NCBI RefSeq assembly: GCF_041886205.1
Contig: NZ_CP169030.1
Reading direction: 5' to 3' (one strand)
Source: Escherichia coli
GTDB taxonomy: Bacteria; Pseudomonadota; Gammaproteobacteria; Enterobacterales; Enterobacteriaceae
Length of the DNA: 64,000 nucleotides
Within the stretch, counting starts at the first letter, position 1, and each line of letters opens with the position of its first letter. Shown here in pieces: positions 54,464 to 64,000 of this stretch. Below the pieces are notes generated by a model. The model searched no databases. It was not told the DNA's origin and saw nothing but the letters and a program-made list of their open reading frames with translations. A program made the translations under genes and the position numbers.

Positions 54464-54485
54464 CGCCTTCAACCAAGGAGACATC

Positions 54486-55046
54486 GTGCAGGGGCACCGC
54501 ATCGGCTACGTCCGGGTCAGCAGCTTTGACCAGAACCCGGAACGCCAGCTGGAACAAACCCAGGTGAGCAAGGTGTTCACCGACAAGGCATCGGGCAAGG
54601 ACACCCAGCGCCCCCAGCTCGAAGCGCTGCTGAGCTTCGTCCGCGAAGGCGATACAGTGGTGGTGCACAGCATGGATCGGCTGGCCCGCAACCTCGATGA
54701 CCTGCGTCGCTTGGTACAGAAGCTGACTCAGCGCGGCGTGCGCATCGAGTTCCTGAAGGAGGGCCTGGTGTTCACTGGCGAGGACTCGCCGATGGCCAAC
54801 CTGATGCTGTCGGTGATGGGGGCCTTCGCTGAGTTCGAGCGCGCCCTGATCCGCGAGCGGCAGCGTGAGGGCATCGCCTTGGCCAAGCAGCGTGGCGCGT
54901 ACCGGGGCCGCAAGAAAGCCCTGTCCGATGAGCAGGCTGCTACCCTGCGGCAGCGAGCGACGGCCGGCGAGCCCAAGGCGCAGCTTGCCCGCGAGTTCAA
55001 CATCAGCCGGGAAACCCTCTACCAGTACCTCCGCACGGACGACTGA
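54486..55046 (+). CDS. tnpR: Tn3-family serine resolvase TnpR
   Basis: 186 aa MQGHRIGYVRVSSFDQNPERQ...; IRi lies only 22 bp upstream, i.e. within the expected res region. Confidence 0.9.
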   Translation: MQGHRIGYVRVSSFDQNPERQLEQTQVSKVFTDKASGKDTQRPQLEALLSFVREGDTVVVHSMDRLARNLDDLRRLVQKLTQRGVRIEFLKEGLVFTGEDSPMANLMLSVMGAFAEFERALIRERQREGIALAKQRGAYRGRKKALSDEQAATLRQRATAGEPKAQLAREFNISRETLYQYLRTDD

Positions 55047-55049
55047 CAC

Positions 55050-58016
55050 ATGCCGCGTCGCTTGATCCTCTCGGCCACGGAGCGGGACACCCTGCTTGCG
55101 CTGCCGGAAAGCCAGGATGACCTGATCCGCTACTACACCTTCAACGACTCCGACCTGTCGCTGATCCGCCAGCGACGCGGCGACGCCAACCGCCTCGGCT
55201 TCGCCGTGCAGCTCTGCCTGCTGCGCTACCCCGGTTACGCGCTGGGAACCGACAGCGAGCTGCCCGAGCCGGTCATCCTGTGGGTGGCGAAGCAAGTCCA
55301 GGCCGAGCCGGCGAGCTGGGCAAAGTACGGCGAGCGCGACGTGACCCGTCGCGAGCATGCCCAGGAACTGCGCACCTACCTGCAACTGGCCCCGTTCGGC
55401 CTGTCCGACTTCCGCGCCCTGGTGCGCGAGCTAACCGAGCTGGCCCAGCAGACCGACAAAGGCTTGCTGCTGGCCGGTCAGGCCCTGGAGAGCCTACGGC
55501 AGAAACGACGCATCCTGCCGGCGCTGAGCGTGATTGACCGGGCCTGCTCGGAAGCCATTGCGCGAGCCAATCGGCGGGTCTACCGCGCCCTGGTCGAACC
55601 ACTCACGGACTCGCATCGGGCCAAGCTGGACGAGCTGTTGAAGCTCAAGGCCGGCAGCAGCATCACCTGGTTGACCTGGCTGCGCCAGGCACCGCTGAAA
55701 CCCAACTCTCGGCACATGCTGGAACACATCGAGCGGCTGAAGACATTTCAGTTGGTGGACTTGCCCGAAGGCCTGGGCCGGCACATCCACCAGAACCGCC
55801 TGCTCAAGCTGGCCCGCGAGGGTGGGCAGATGACGCCCAAAGACCTCGGTAAGTTCGAGCCGCAGCGCCGCTACGCGACCCTGGCCGCCGTGGTGCTGGA
55901 GAGCACCGCGACCGTGATCGATGAGCTGGTCGATCTGCATGACCGCATCCTGGTCAAGCTGTTCAGCGGCGCGAAGCACAAGCATCAGCAGCAGTTCCAG
56001 AAGCAGGGCAAGGCGATCAACGACAAGGTGCGCCTGTACTCCAGGATCGGCCAGGCGCTGCTGGAAGCGAAGGAAAGCGGCAGCGACCCCTATGCCGCCA
56101 TCGAGGCGGTGATTCCCTGGGACGAGTTCACCGAGAGCGTCAGCGAGGCCGAGCTGCTGGCCCGGCCGGAAGGCTTCGACCACCTGCACCTGGTCGGCGA
56201 GAACTTCGCCACCCTGCGCCGTTACACGCCGGCCTTGCTGGAGGTGCTGGAACTGCGCGCCGCGCCGGCCGCGCAAGGCGTGCTGGCAGCCGTGCAGACC
56301 CTGCGTGAGATGAACGCCGACAACCTGCGCAAGGTGCCGGCCGATGCACCCACGGCCTTCATCAAGCCGCGCTGGAAGCCGCTGGTGATCACCCCGGAAG
56401 GCCTCGACCGGAAATTCTACGAAATCTGCGCCCTGTCCGAGCTGAAGAACGCCCTGCGCTCCGGCGACATCTGGGTCAAGGGCTCGCGGCAGTTCCGCGA
56501 CTTCGACGACTACCTGCTGCCGGCCGAGAAGTTCGCCGCACTCAAGCGCGAGCAGGCCCTGCCCCTGGCGATCAACCCGAACAGCGACCAGTACCTGGAA
56601 GAGCGTTTGCAGCTGCTGGACGAGCAGTTGGCCACCGTCACCCGCCTGGCCAAGGACAACGAGCTGCCCGATGCCATCCTCACCGAGTCAGGGCTGAAAA
56701 TCACCCCGCTGGATGCGGCGGTGCCGGATCGGGCGCAGGCGCTGATCGACCAAACCAGCCAGTTACTGCCGCGCATCAAGATCACCGAACTGCTGATGGA
56801 CGTGGACGACTGGACGGGCTTCAGCCGCCACTTCACCCACTTGAAGGACGGGGCCGAGGCCAAAGACAGGACGTTGCTGCTGTCCGCAATCCTCGGTGAT
56901 GCGATCAACCTCGGGCTGACCAAGATGGCCGAGTCGAGCCCCGGCCTGACCTACGCCAAGCTGTCCTGGCTGCAAGCCTGGCACATCCGCGACGAAACCT
57001 ATTCGGCGGCCTTGGCCGAGCTGGTCAACCACCAGTATCGCCACGCCTTTGCCGCCCACTGGGGCGACGGCACGACCTCATCCTCCGATGGCCAGCGCTT
57101 CCGCGCGGGTGGCCGGGGCGAGAGCACCGGGCACGTCAACCCGAAGTACGGTAGCGAGCCGGGACGGCTGTTCTATACCCATATCTCCGACCAGTACGCG
57201 CCGTTCAGCACCCGCGTGGTGAATGTCGGCGTCCGCGATTCCACCTATGTGCTCGACGGCCTGCTGTACCACGAGTCCGACCTGCGGATCGAGGAGCACT
57301 ACACCGACACGGCCGGCTTCACCGATCACGTCTTTGCCCTGATGCACCTGCTAGGCTTCCGCTTCGCGCCGCGCATCCGCGACCTCGGCGAAACCAAGCT
57401 GTACGTGCCGCAGGGCGTGCAAGCCTACCCGACGTTGCGCCCGCTGATCGGCGGCACCCTGAACATCAAGCACGTGCGTGCCCACTGGGACGACATCCTG
57501 CGCCTGGCCAGCTCGATCAAGCAGGGCACCGTCACCGCCTCGCTGATGCTGCGCAAGCTCGGCAGCTACCCGCGCCAGAACGGACTGGCCGTGGCCCTGC
57601 GCGAGCTGGGCCGGATCGAGCGCACGCTGTTCATCCTGGACTGGCTGCAAAGTGTTGAACTGCGCCGCCGCGTGCATGCCGGCCTGAACAAAGGTGAGGC
57701 GCGCAACTCGCTGGCCAGGGCGGTGTTCTTCAACCGCCTTGGGGAAATCAGGGATCGGAGCTTCGAGCAGCAGCGCTACCGGGCCAGCGGCCTCAACCTG
57801 GTGACGGCGGCTATCGTGCTGTGGAACACGGTGTACCTGGAACGCGCCACCCAGGGGTTGGTCGAGGCCGGCAAGCCGGTGGACGGCGAGCTGCTGCAAT
57901 TCCTGTCGCCGCTGGGCTGGGAGCACATCAACCTAACCGGCGATTACGTCTGGCGGCAGAGCCGCAGACTGGAAGACGGGAAGTTTCGGCCCTTACGGAT
58001 GCCCGGAAAACCTTAG
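55050..58016 (+). CDS. tnpA: Tn3-family transposase TnpA
   Basis: 988 aa; reads toward the terminal inverted repeat. Confidence 0.9.
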   Translation: MPRRLILSATERDTLLALPESQDDLIRYYTFNDSDLSLIRQRRGDANRLGFAVQLCLLRYPGYALGTDSELPEPVILWVAKQVQAEPASWAKYGERDVTRREHAQELRTYLQLAPFGLSDFRALVRELTELAQQTDKGLLLAGQALESLRQKRRILPALSVIDRACSEAIARANRRVYRALVEPLTDSHRAKLDELLKLKAGSSITWLTWLRQAPLKPNSRHMLEHIERLKTFQLVDLPEGLGRHIHQNRLLKLAREGGQMTPKDLGKFEPQRRYATLAAVVLESTATVIDELVDLHDRILVKLFSGAKHKHQQQFQKQGKAINDKVRLYSRIGQALLEAKESGSDPYAAIEAVIPWDEFTESVSEAELLARPEGFDHLHLVGENFATLRRYTPALLEVLELRAAPAAQGVLAAVQTLREMNADNLRKVPADAPTAFIKPRWKPLVITPEGLDRKFYEICALSELKNALRSGDIWVKGSRQFRDFDDYLLPAEKFAALKREQALPLAINPNSDQYLEERLQLLDEQLATVTRLAKDNELPDAILTESGLKITPLDAAVPDRAQALIDQTSQLLPRIKITELLMDVDDWTGFSRHFTHLKDGAEAKDRTLLLSAILGDAINLGLTKMAESSPGLTYAKLSWLQAWHIRDETYSAALAELVNHQYRHAFAAHWGDGTTSSSDGQRFRAGGRGESTGHVNPKYGSEPGRLFYTHISDQYAPFSTRVVNVGVRDSTYVLDGLLYHESDLRIEEHYTDTAGFTDHVFALMHLLGFRFAPRIRDLGETKLYVPQGVQAYPTLRPLIGGTLNIKHVRAHWDDILRLASSIKQGTVTASLMLRKLGSYPRQNGLAVALRELGRIERTLFILDWLQSVELRRRVHAGLNKGEARNSLARAVFFNRLGEIRDRSFEQQRYRASGLNLVTAAIVLWNTVYLERATQGLVEAGKPVDGELLQFLSPLGWEHINLTGDYVWRQSRRLEDGKFRPLRMPGKP

Positions 58017-58049
58017 CGTACGATTTTTTCCGAATTCTGCGGGCTCCCC
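58012..58049 (-). repeat. 38-bp terminal inverted repeat (tnpA end) GGGGAGCCCGCAGAATTCGGAAAAAATCGTACGCTAAG
   Basis: Read directly as reverse complement; overlaps tnpA stop. Confidence 0.85.
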
Positions 58050-58567
58050 TTGTTTGTACGATTCGATATCGATACTGCGTAATGGCCGGTACTTCCCTGT
58101 ACCCAGCTTAAGATTATTACGCCAGACATCATCCCCATTAAGATTGATATGCTCCCAGCCCAACGGCGAAAGGTGAGTGCAGTTGGTCATTAATCGGGAG
58201 CTTTTTTCGTTTCAGGGACTCAATGGCTCTTTCTATGTATACCGTGTTCCATAATTTTTCACTCCGTTGAAAACGGAGTACGTGGCAATCGTATCAGTGA
58301 TACAGTTGAGGCAATTGACACGAATACCCTTTCCGGTATTGATGGCATCAGTTGAAGAGCATGTTATTCTCTTGAGCTATTTGTGCCACACAGGCGCGGG
58401 GGGCGTTTTTTACCACGGGGACTTCGGGCATAAAAACAAGGGGCCGCAAACACGGCCCTTAATTCAGATCTAACCGGGTACGCTATCTGTTGCCCTGGAA
58501 AATTGATCTGACAACTCAGTAAAGATCAATACGGTTCTGACGAGCAGCTTACCTGCCTGTTTGCGTT

Positions 58568-59863
58568 TCAGAGCTTATTCTCTGCTGTCTGATAGCCACG
58601 GCTGAGACGAACAAACAGCATTGCCGTTGCGGCGAGTCCGCATAGCGCCGCGCACATGAGCCACCACCCCGGAGAACTCTTATCGCCGGTCAACTGGACC
58701 AATGCGGTGGAGATAGCAGGCGTCAGGCCGCCGAAAATCGCAGTCGCAAGACTAAAGGCCAGCGAAAAACCCACGGTTCGGACATAAACCGGCATCACTT
58801 CGGTCAGGGCCGCCACCATCGCACCGTTATACATGCCAAAAAAGAACGAGAACCAGAGCAGCACCAACGTCATGCGGGTGAAGTCAGGGGCAGCGGTAAG
58901 CCAGTTCATCACCGGCCAGGTGGTGACGAGGGCGAGCAAGGTGATGCCCATCAGCACCGGGCGTCGCCCGATCCGATCAGAGATAGCGCCGCCAATCGGC
59001 AGCCAGATGAAGTTAGAAATCCCTACCAGCATGGTGACAACCAGGCTGTCACGTGCGCTCAGGTTCAACACCGTTCTCCCGTAAGTGGGGGTATAGACAG
59101 TAATAAAATAAAAGGTCGTGGTCGTCATCGCTACCAGCAGGGTACCCGCGGTGATGATGCGCCAGTTTTTAGCAATGGTGGTAAAAATTTCCCGGGTGTC
59201 CGGACGGTGTTTACGTTGTAAAAAGGCTTCAGTTTCCTGTAGCGAACGTCGAAGAACAAAAATCAGCGGAATAATCATGCAGCCAATGAAGAACGGGATT
59301 CGCCAACCCCATTCGGAGATTTCATCGTGTCCCAGCGTGACATTCAGACCGTAGCCGATCAGCGCGGCGACGACAATCGCCACCTGCTGGCTGGCCGATT
59401 GCCAACTGGTGTAAAAGCCTTTATTGCCTGGTGTAGCGATCTCAGAAAGATAAACAGAGACGCCGCCCAGTTCGACGCCAGCAGAAAATCCCTGTAGCAG
59501 ACGCCCCACCAGGACCAGCACGGGAGCCAGCAGGCCGATAGTCTGATAACCCGGCACGAGGGCGATGAGCAGCGTGCCGCAGCCCATAATCGCCAGGGTG
59601 ACCATCAGCCCTTTCCGTCGGCCGATTCTGTCGATATATGCGCCCAACACCACGGCCCCGATAGGGCGCATTAAAAATCCGGAGCCAAAAACGGCAAAAG
59701 TAAGCATTAATGCGGCAAACTCACTTTCGGCAGGAAAAAACGTCTTTGCGATATAAGTGGCGTAAAAACCAAACAGGAAAAAATCGAACTGTTCGAGAAA
59801 ATTACCGCTGGTCACACGCAGTATTGCGCCGAACGTGCCAGCGCGCGATGGTTGTTGAGTCAT
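58568..59863 (-). CDS. tcuC: MFS transporter, tricarballylate/citrate-type (TcuC-like)
   Basis: 431 aa, 12-TM MFS; located downstream of tcuA/tcuB. Confidence 0.65.
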   Translation of the reverse strand: MTQQPSRAGTFGAILRVTSGNFLEQFDFFLFGFYATYIAKTFFPAESEFAALMLTFAVFGSGFLMRPIGAVVLGAYIDRIGRRKGLMVTLAIMGCGTLLIALVPGYQTIGLLAPVLVLVGRLLQGFSAGVELGGVSVYLSEIATPGNKGFYTSWQSASQQVAIVVAALIGYGLNVTLGHDEISEWGWRIPFFIGCMIIPLIFVLRRSLQETEAFLQRKHRPDTREIFTTIAKNWRIITAGTLLVAMTTTTFYFITVYTPTYGRTVLNLSARDSLVVTMLVGISNFIWLPIGGAISDRIGRRPVLMGITLLALVTTWPVMNWLTAAPDFTRMTLVLLWFSFFFGMYNGAMVAALTEVMPVYVRTVGFSLAFSLATAIFGGLTPAISTALVQLTGDKSSPGWWLMCAALCGLAATAMLFVRLSRGYQTAENKL

Positions 59864-59917
59864 TGAAGTTGCTCCACTGTCTTATCAGAATTATGTATAG
59901 AGGTAAGAGTTTGCGGG

Positions 59918-61057
59918 TTAGTCGCCTGAGACCCCCGCCTGTTTTCCACGTCGCTTCTCAATCGCCCATTTGAGTAAAGACGCGCAGCGGTAAAATCCGT
60001 GGGCAAATTTTCCGTATGGAATGGTCAAAAAAAGCGCCATGACCACGCCAAGATGGATGGCAAGCAGGATCCCCATCCATGAGGTGTCTCTTCCCGCCAG
60101 CAAACCTATACCGGTCAGGCTGGTCAGGAGCAGCAGTAAAATAAAACCGCGATCCATCGGTTTCTGTCGCGCGTCGCCATGCAGTGGCGAGCGCTTAAGG
60201 TTTAACCACAGCAGGCCTGCCGGGCCGACAATTAAACCGATTCCTCCGAGCGTGCCAAGCATGACCGGCACGCTGAAGAACGGGTAGGGGGCTTCCCAAC
60301 CGGCGAAGTAGTGGTAACCCGTCGCCACCACGGTCGCGGCGAAACAGAGCATAAAGCCGTAGAAGGTGAAATGGTGGAAACGACGACGCATCAATGTGAA
60401 AGCATCGTCCGCCTCGTTGCAGCCTTTGCCATGACCGCCGTCGAGGTATTTCAGCGTCAGCGCGTTGTGCGACGCTTCGGCAATTTCCGCCGGACGCGGC
60501 CCGACGTGAGAGATCTCGCGCCAGAAGCGGATCACCCCTGCCATTAGTAAACCGATCGCCAGCATGAAAACCGATCCAAACATCCATGCCAGCAGGTTGT
60601 GCGGGAAGATTTGGTAGAAATCACCGGCCAGCGGCGGATGGAGTAGCGATCCCTTCATCCCCATCGCGAGGAGTAAAAAGAGGATCAGACTAAAGACCAG
60701 TGCCAGCGTCACGGTGACGCCAGCCTGGCGATACAGCGCCCCGAAGGCCGCCGGTTGCGCGTAGTGTTGATACGTTTCCAGACGCACTTCCGCCATTGCT
60801 TTCGGCACGTTAATCGCAAACTCATGGGGTGGAGCATACTGGCAGGCGTGCAGGCAGGCGCCGCAGTTATGGCACAGGTTTGCCAGATAGTTAATGTCGG
60901 CTTTGCCAAATTCCAGTCGCTGAGTCATCGCCGGGAACACGGCGCAAAACCCTTCGCAATAGCGACAGGCATTACACACCTGCATCACCCGCTCGACTTC
61001 AGCTTCTGGCTCGGTGAGAATTTTGGCCTCGATGATCAGTTTTTCAAGCTGCTTCAT
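59918..61057 (-). CDS. tcuB: TcuB-like Fe-S membrane protein
   Basis: 379 aa from ATG at 61055-61057 (MKQLEKLI...); two Cys clusters [11 protein letters not shown] and [11 protein letters not shown]; overlaps tcuA stop. Confidence 0.7.
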   Translation of the reverse strand: MKQLEKLIIEAKILTEPEAEVERVMQVCNACRYCEGFCAVFPAMTQRLEFGKADINYLANLCHNCGACLHACQYAPPHEFAINVPKAMAEVRLETYQHYAQPAAFGALYRQAGVTVTLALVFSLILFLLLAMGMKGSLLHPPLAGDFYQIFPHNLLAWMFGSVFMLAIGLLMAGVIRFWREISHVGPRPAEIAEASHNALTLKYLDGGHGKGCNEADDAFTLMRRRFHHFTFYGFMLCFAATVVATGYHYFAGWEAPYPFFSVPVMLGTLGGIGLIVGPAGLLWLNLKRSPLHGDARQKPMDRGFILLLLLTSLTGIGLLAGRDTSWMGILLAIHLGVVMALFLTIPYGKFAHGFYRCASLLKWAIEKRRGKQAGVSGD

Positions 61058-62447
61058 GATGCGCCTCCTTACGTGCTGCCTGCGCGGCTTCTTTACCTGC
61101 GATGCGACCAAACGTGGTGCCGATGGACATGCCGACACCGGCGGTATAGCCCTTGCCCAGTACGTTGCCAGCCATCATCTCACCGGCAACGAACAGGTTA
61201 CGGCTGGGGGTGCCTGCGAAGTGAACCGCAGCGTGTTCATTCACTTTCAGTCCCAGGTAGGTAAAGGTGATCCCCGGTCGCAGGGCATAACCGTAGTAAG
61301 GGGGCGTATTAATAGGCCGCGCCCAGTGCGTTTTCGGTGGCGTCAGGCCCTGAGTCGCGCAGTTATCCAGCTTCGTGTGATCAAACTGACCCGGCTGACA
61401 GGCCTGATTGTAGTGCTCCACGGTATGGGTAAAGCGTTCGGGATCCAGCCCCAACTGGCGGGCCAGTTCACTCAGCGTATTGGCCTGTGCGCCGGGGAAA
61501 ACCGGCGGCATAAAGTGACCGATCGCTTTGCTGTCGATAATGGAGTAGCCAATCTGCCCCGGCTGTTGGGCAACCAGACGCCCCCAGATGGCATAGCGTT
61601 TCGGCCAGAAATCTTCGCCTTCATCGTAAAAGCGCTCCGCGTCCCGGTTGACTACCACACCCAGTGAGACGCAATCCACGCGGGTACAAATGCCGCCGTC
61701 GTACAACGGAGCCCGGGCATCAATCGCCACACAGTGGGACTGAGACGGATCGCCGATAATGTCAGCACCGGCATCGATCATAAACTTGAGCAAGACGCCC
61801 TGATTAAAGCGGGTGCCGCGAATGAGGAAGTTATCGGCTGGCCATTCGCCACGAGCGTTCTCTCCCCAGGCGTCGCGCAGCCATTCGCGGTTGGATTCAA
61901 ATCCACCGGCGGCGAGTACGCAGGCTTTCGCCTCAATGCGCTCGTGGCCTGCCAGGGCTGCGATGAATTCGCCGTTGTGCAATTCAAGTGCCTGTACCGG
62001 CGTGTTGTAGCGAATCTGTACCCCCAGCTTTTCTGCGCTGCGGTAATAGGCGTTCACGAGGGCTTTACCGCCGCCCATGAAGAAGGCATTGGTACGCGCC
62101 ACGTGCAGCGCGCCAGAGAGCGGAGGCTGAAAATTAACGCCGTGATGACGCATCCAGTCGCGACACTGGGAAGAGGTCCGGATCACCAGTCGCGCCAACG
62201 CTTCATTGGTATTGCCTTCGGTGACACGCCAGAGATCCTGCCAGAACTCCTCTTCGGGATAACTCTCGACCAGCACATCCTGTGGCGCATCGTGCATACA
62301 GCGTAAATTGCGCGTGTGTTGGGAATTCCCGCCGCGCCATTCCCGGGGCGCAGCCTCTAACAGCAGCACGGAAGCTCCTGCCTCACGGGCGGTTAAGGCG
62401 GCACATAACGCGGCATTACCACCGCCAATCACCAGTACATCAACCAT
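61044..62447 (-). CDS. tcuA: TcuA-like FAD-dependent tricarballylate dehydrogenase
   Basis: 467 aa; N-terminal [14 protein letters not shown] dinucleotide-binding motif. Confidence 0.7.
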   Translation of the reverse strand: MVDVLVIGGGNAALCAALTAREAGASVLLLEAAPREWRGGNSQHTRNLRCMHDAPQDVLVESYPEEEFWQDLWRVTEGNTNEALARLVIRTSSQCRDWMRHHGVNFQPPLSGALHVARTNAFFMGGGKALVNAYYRSAEKLGVQIRYNTPVQALELHNGEFIAALAGHERIEAKACVLAAGGFESNREWLRDAWGENARGEWPADNFLIRGTRFNQGVLLKFMIDAGADIIGDPSQSHCVAIDARAPLYDGGICTRVDCVSLGVVVNRDAERFYDEGEDFWPKRYAIWGRLVAQQPGQIGYSIIDSKAIGHFMPPVFPGAQANTLSELARQLGLDPERFTHTVEHYNQACQPGQFDHTKLDNCATQGLTPPKTHWARPINTPPYYGYALRPGITFTYLGLKVNEHAAVHFAGTPSRNLFVAGEMMAGNVLGKGYTAGVGMSIGTTFGRIAGKEAAQAARKEAHHEAA

Positions 62448-62543
62448 CGTCTACTCCATTACCATTTAACTATTTGTTAAATTTGTAATTGAAATGTATA
62501 CGTATGATTGTATGGGCGCTATAACGAATAGCTAAAGATGGGT

Positions 62544-63470
62544 TTAGGGAGCGTAAAGGGTTGCGCCCGGCCAATGACCGGTTTCAACGAGTTCACGCAT
62601 GACTTTTGTGAGTATTACGCGGACTGCAAGACCGGCAGGGGTGAGTTCATCGTCCGACAGACTGACCAGAAAATTGGGGCGGCTGAGGACAGGATTATGG
62701 ACGCCGATCACTCTTAGCGCTTCCCTCTCAAGATGCGAAATGGCTGCACCGGGTTGCAGCGTGGCGCCGAGTCCGCTGCTAACGGCGCGCATCAGTAACG
62801 TCAGGCCGTCAATTTCCGTGGCAATATCGACCTTCAGTCCGTGTTCCTGACAGATGGCTTCCAGTCTGCCACGCAGGCCGTGTCCCTGGCTTGGCATGAT
62901 CAGGGGAATATTCGCCAGTTGAGCAGGCGTTATGGTGTCATCCGGAATATCCGCCAGCAGCTCGTGTGTGCCAATCAGAAACAGGCGCTCCTCAAGAACC
63001 GGTCTGGCGTTCCAGCGCAGGATTTTCTCTTTTTGAAACACGACCGCCAGATCAATCTGGCGCGTGTTGATCATCCGTTCCAGATTACCCGACAGGCTTT
63101 CCACCACATGCAGGCGAACGTCGGCGTAATGTTCCCGCATGGCATGAATAAACGGTATTCCCAGGATGGAGGCGGTGCTGGGGGCCATGCCGACGCTGAC
63201 GTGTCCAGAGAGACGCGCCTCGCGAGAGGCCAAGATCGCATCATCGGCGTGGCGTAGCGCCAATTGTGCCTGCGAGTAAAAAGCCAGACCGGCGTTAGTG
63301 GGCGTGACGCCGCGCGAGGTTCGTTGCAACAGACGAATGGAGAGTTCATTCTCCAGCCTCGTCATCTGTTGACTAAGTGCTGAGACACCGATACCGAGAT
63401 CAAGCGCCGCAATGCCCATACTACCGGTTTCCACAATACGAACAAAATAACGTAGCTGGCGAAGTTCCAT
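62544..63470 (-). CDS. tcuR: LysR-family transcriptional regulator (TcuR-like)
   Basis: 308 aa; N-terminal LysR HTH MELRQLRYFVRIVETGS. Confidence 0.7.
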   Translation of the reverse strand: MELRQLRYFVRIVETGSMGIAALDLGIGVSALSQQMTRLENELSIRLLQRTSRGVTPTNAGLAFYSQAQLALRHADDAILASREARLSGHVSVGMAPSTASILGIPFIHAMREHYADVRLHVVESLSGNLERMINTRQIDLAVVFQKEKILRWNARPVLEERLFLIGTHELLADIPDDTITPAQLANIPLIMPSQGHGLRGRLEAICQEHGLKVDIATEIDGLTLLMRAVSSGLGATLQPGAAISHLEREALRVIGVHNPVLSRPNFLVSLSDDELTPAGLAVRVILTKVMRELVETGHWPGATLYAP

Positions 63471-63651
63471 TGCGATTCTCCGGAGAAGGCTGGGATATTT
63501 ACATTAAATCAACATGCTGTCAGAAGAAAGCACTAAGTAGAGAATGGCGCGCATAACAAAACAACCGACAGGTTGACTTTTCAGAATAGGGGCAGTTTGG
63601 TGATCGTCACCAGTATATGCAGCGTCAGCTGCATGGAAGGCGGCACGCTGT

Positions 63652-63705
63652 GGTTACATGTGATACCGGAGTAAAACCGCCGAAGCCCGGCGTAAGCCGG
63701 TACGG
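63652..63705. repeat. 54-bp GC-rich palindromic element, copy 2
   Basis: About 85 percent identical to 41467-41520. Confidence 0.6.
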
Positions 63706-64000
63706 ATTGACAGATTTCACCTTACCCATCCCTTGCCCTGCCAGACCATACCTGCTTTCAGCCATGACAGAGCTTTTGTGCGCGGTCGGAGTGGTCCCGA
63801 CGAGGGTTTACCCGAAGTCGGGGCGTATCTCCGCGTTAGCGGGCCATCAGGGCCGCTTACGAGCGTGTACTCAATACTTCCAGCGAGAAGACTGACAGCG
63901 ATGAAGATGTAGTTACAACATTCATAATTAAAAGCGACTCTGTTCCGGCCCTTTGGGCCGGGGCGGGGCCGCTTTTCAGTTATGAGGGTGGGGCTTTGTG

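Larger units (their letters stand above)
41566..58049 (+). mobile_element. Tn1722-like Tn3-family transposon carrying a nested class 1 integron
   Basis: 38-bp terminal inverted repeats containing an EcoRI site; mcp-res-tnpR-tnpA gene set as recalled for Tn1721/Tn1722; outer 5-bp flanks differ (CATGT vs TTGTT). Confidence 0.75.

Noticed and set aside
54411-57926. Antisense ORFs within tnpR and tnpA (for example 54411-55385, 55494-56276, 57351-57926)
   Set aside because: Same high-GC artefact; they overlap well-supported transposase and resolvase genes
63617-64000. Possible group II intron 5' end (GTGCGCGG at about 63786) or a coding ORF at 63617-63895
   Set aside because: Only the GTGCG pentamer matches and no domain structure or reverse transcriptase follows within the window; the ORF has no support

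Overview
This 64-kb window is a mosaic, plasmid-like accessory region of an enterobacterial replicon. All identifications are from reading the sequence and ORF translations and from recalled family knowledge; no database search was run. Layout: (1) a RepFIB-type repA with a downstream repeat region and a tyrosine recombinase (1-2 kb); (2) an AT-rich island with a secreted S33-like hydrolase, a plasmid-type omptin, two large AIDA-type autotransporters (one with near-perfect 372-bp tandem repeats), small membrane proteins, a bactofilin gene flanked by paralogous lipoproteins, and a LuxR-HTH/EAL (pdeL-like) gene split in frame by an IS629-like element (2-27 kb); (3) an IS graveyard (IS3 with its duplication, IS3-family and IS66-family remnants, IS91-family fragments, IS21); (4) a candidate defense island at 30.8-37.5 kb: a frameshifted KAP P-loop NTPase, a two-gene operon encoding a small protein plus a TIR-like protein, vapBC, and a 712-aa RloC/Rad50-like ABC ATPase with a CxxC motif. 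This island is the most likely place for an undescribed system; (5) an intact colicin Ia immunity gene beside a colicin gene reduced to its last 38 codons by an IS903-like element, and a ParE/RHH toxin-antitoxin pair; (6) a Tn1722-like transposon (38-bp inverted repeats, mcp, tnpR, tnpA) whose res region carries a Tn402-like class 1 integron with a 5-bp duplication CGCCT, a complete tniABQR module, a qac cassette, two near-identical intI1-IRi copies, and a Tn916-derived tet(M) plus leader segment bounded by 88-bp direct repeats; (7) a tcuRABC tricarballylate utilisation locus. No rRNA, tRNA or CRISPR array was recognised.
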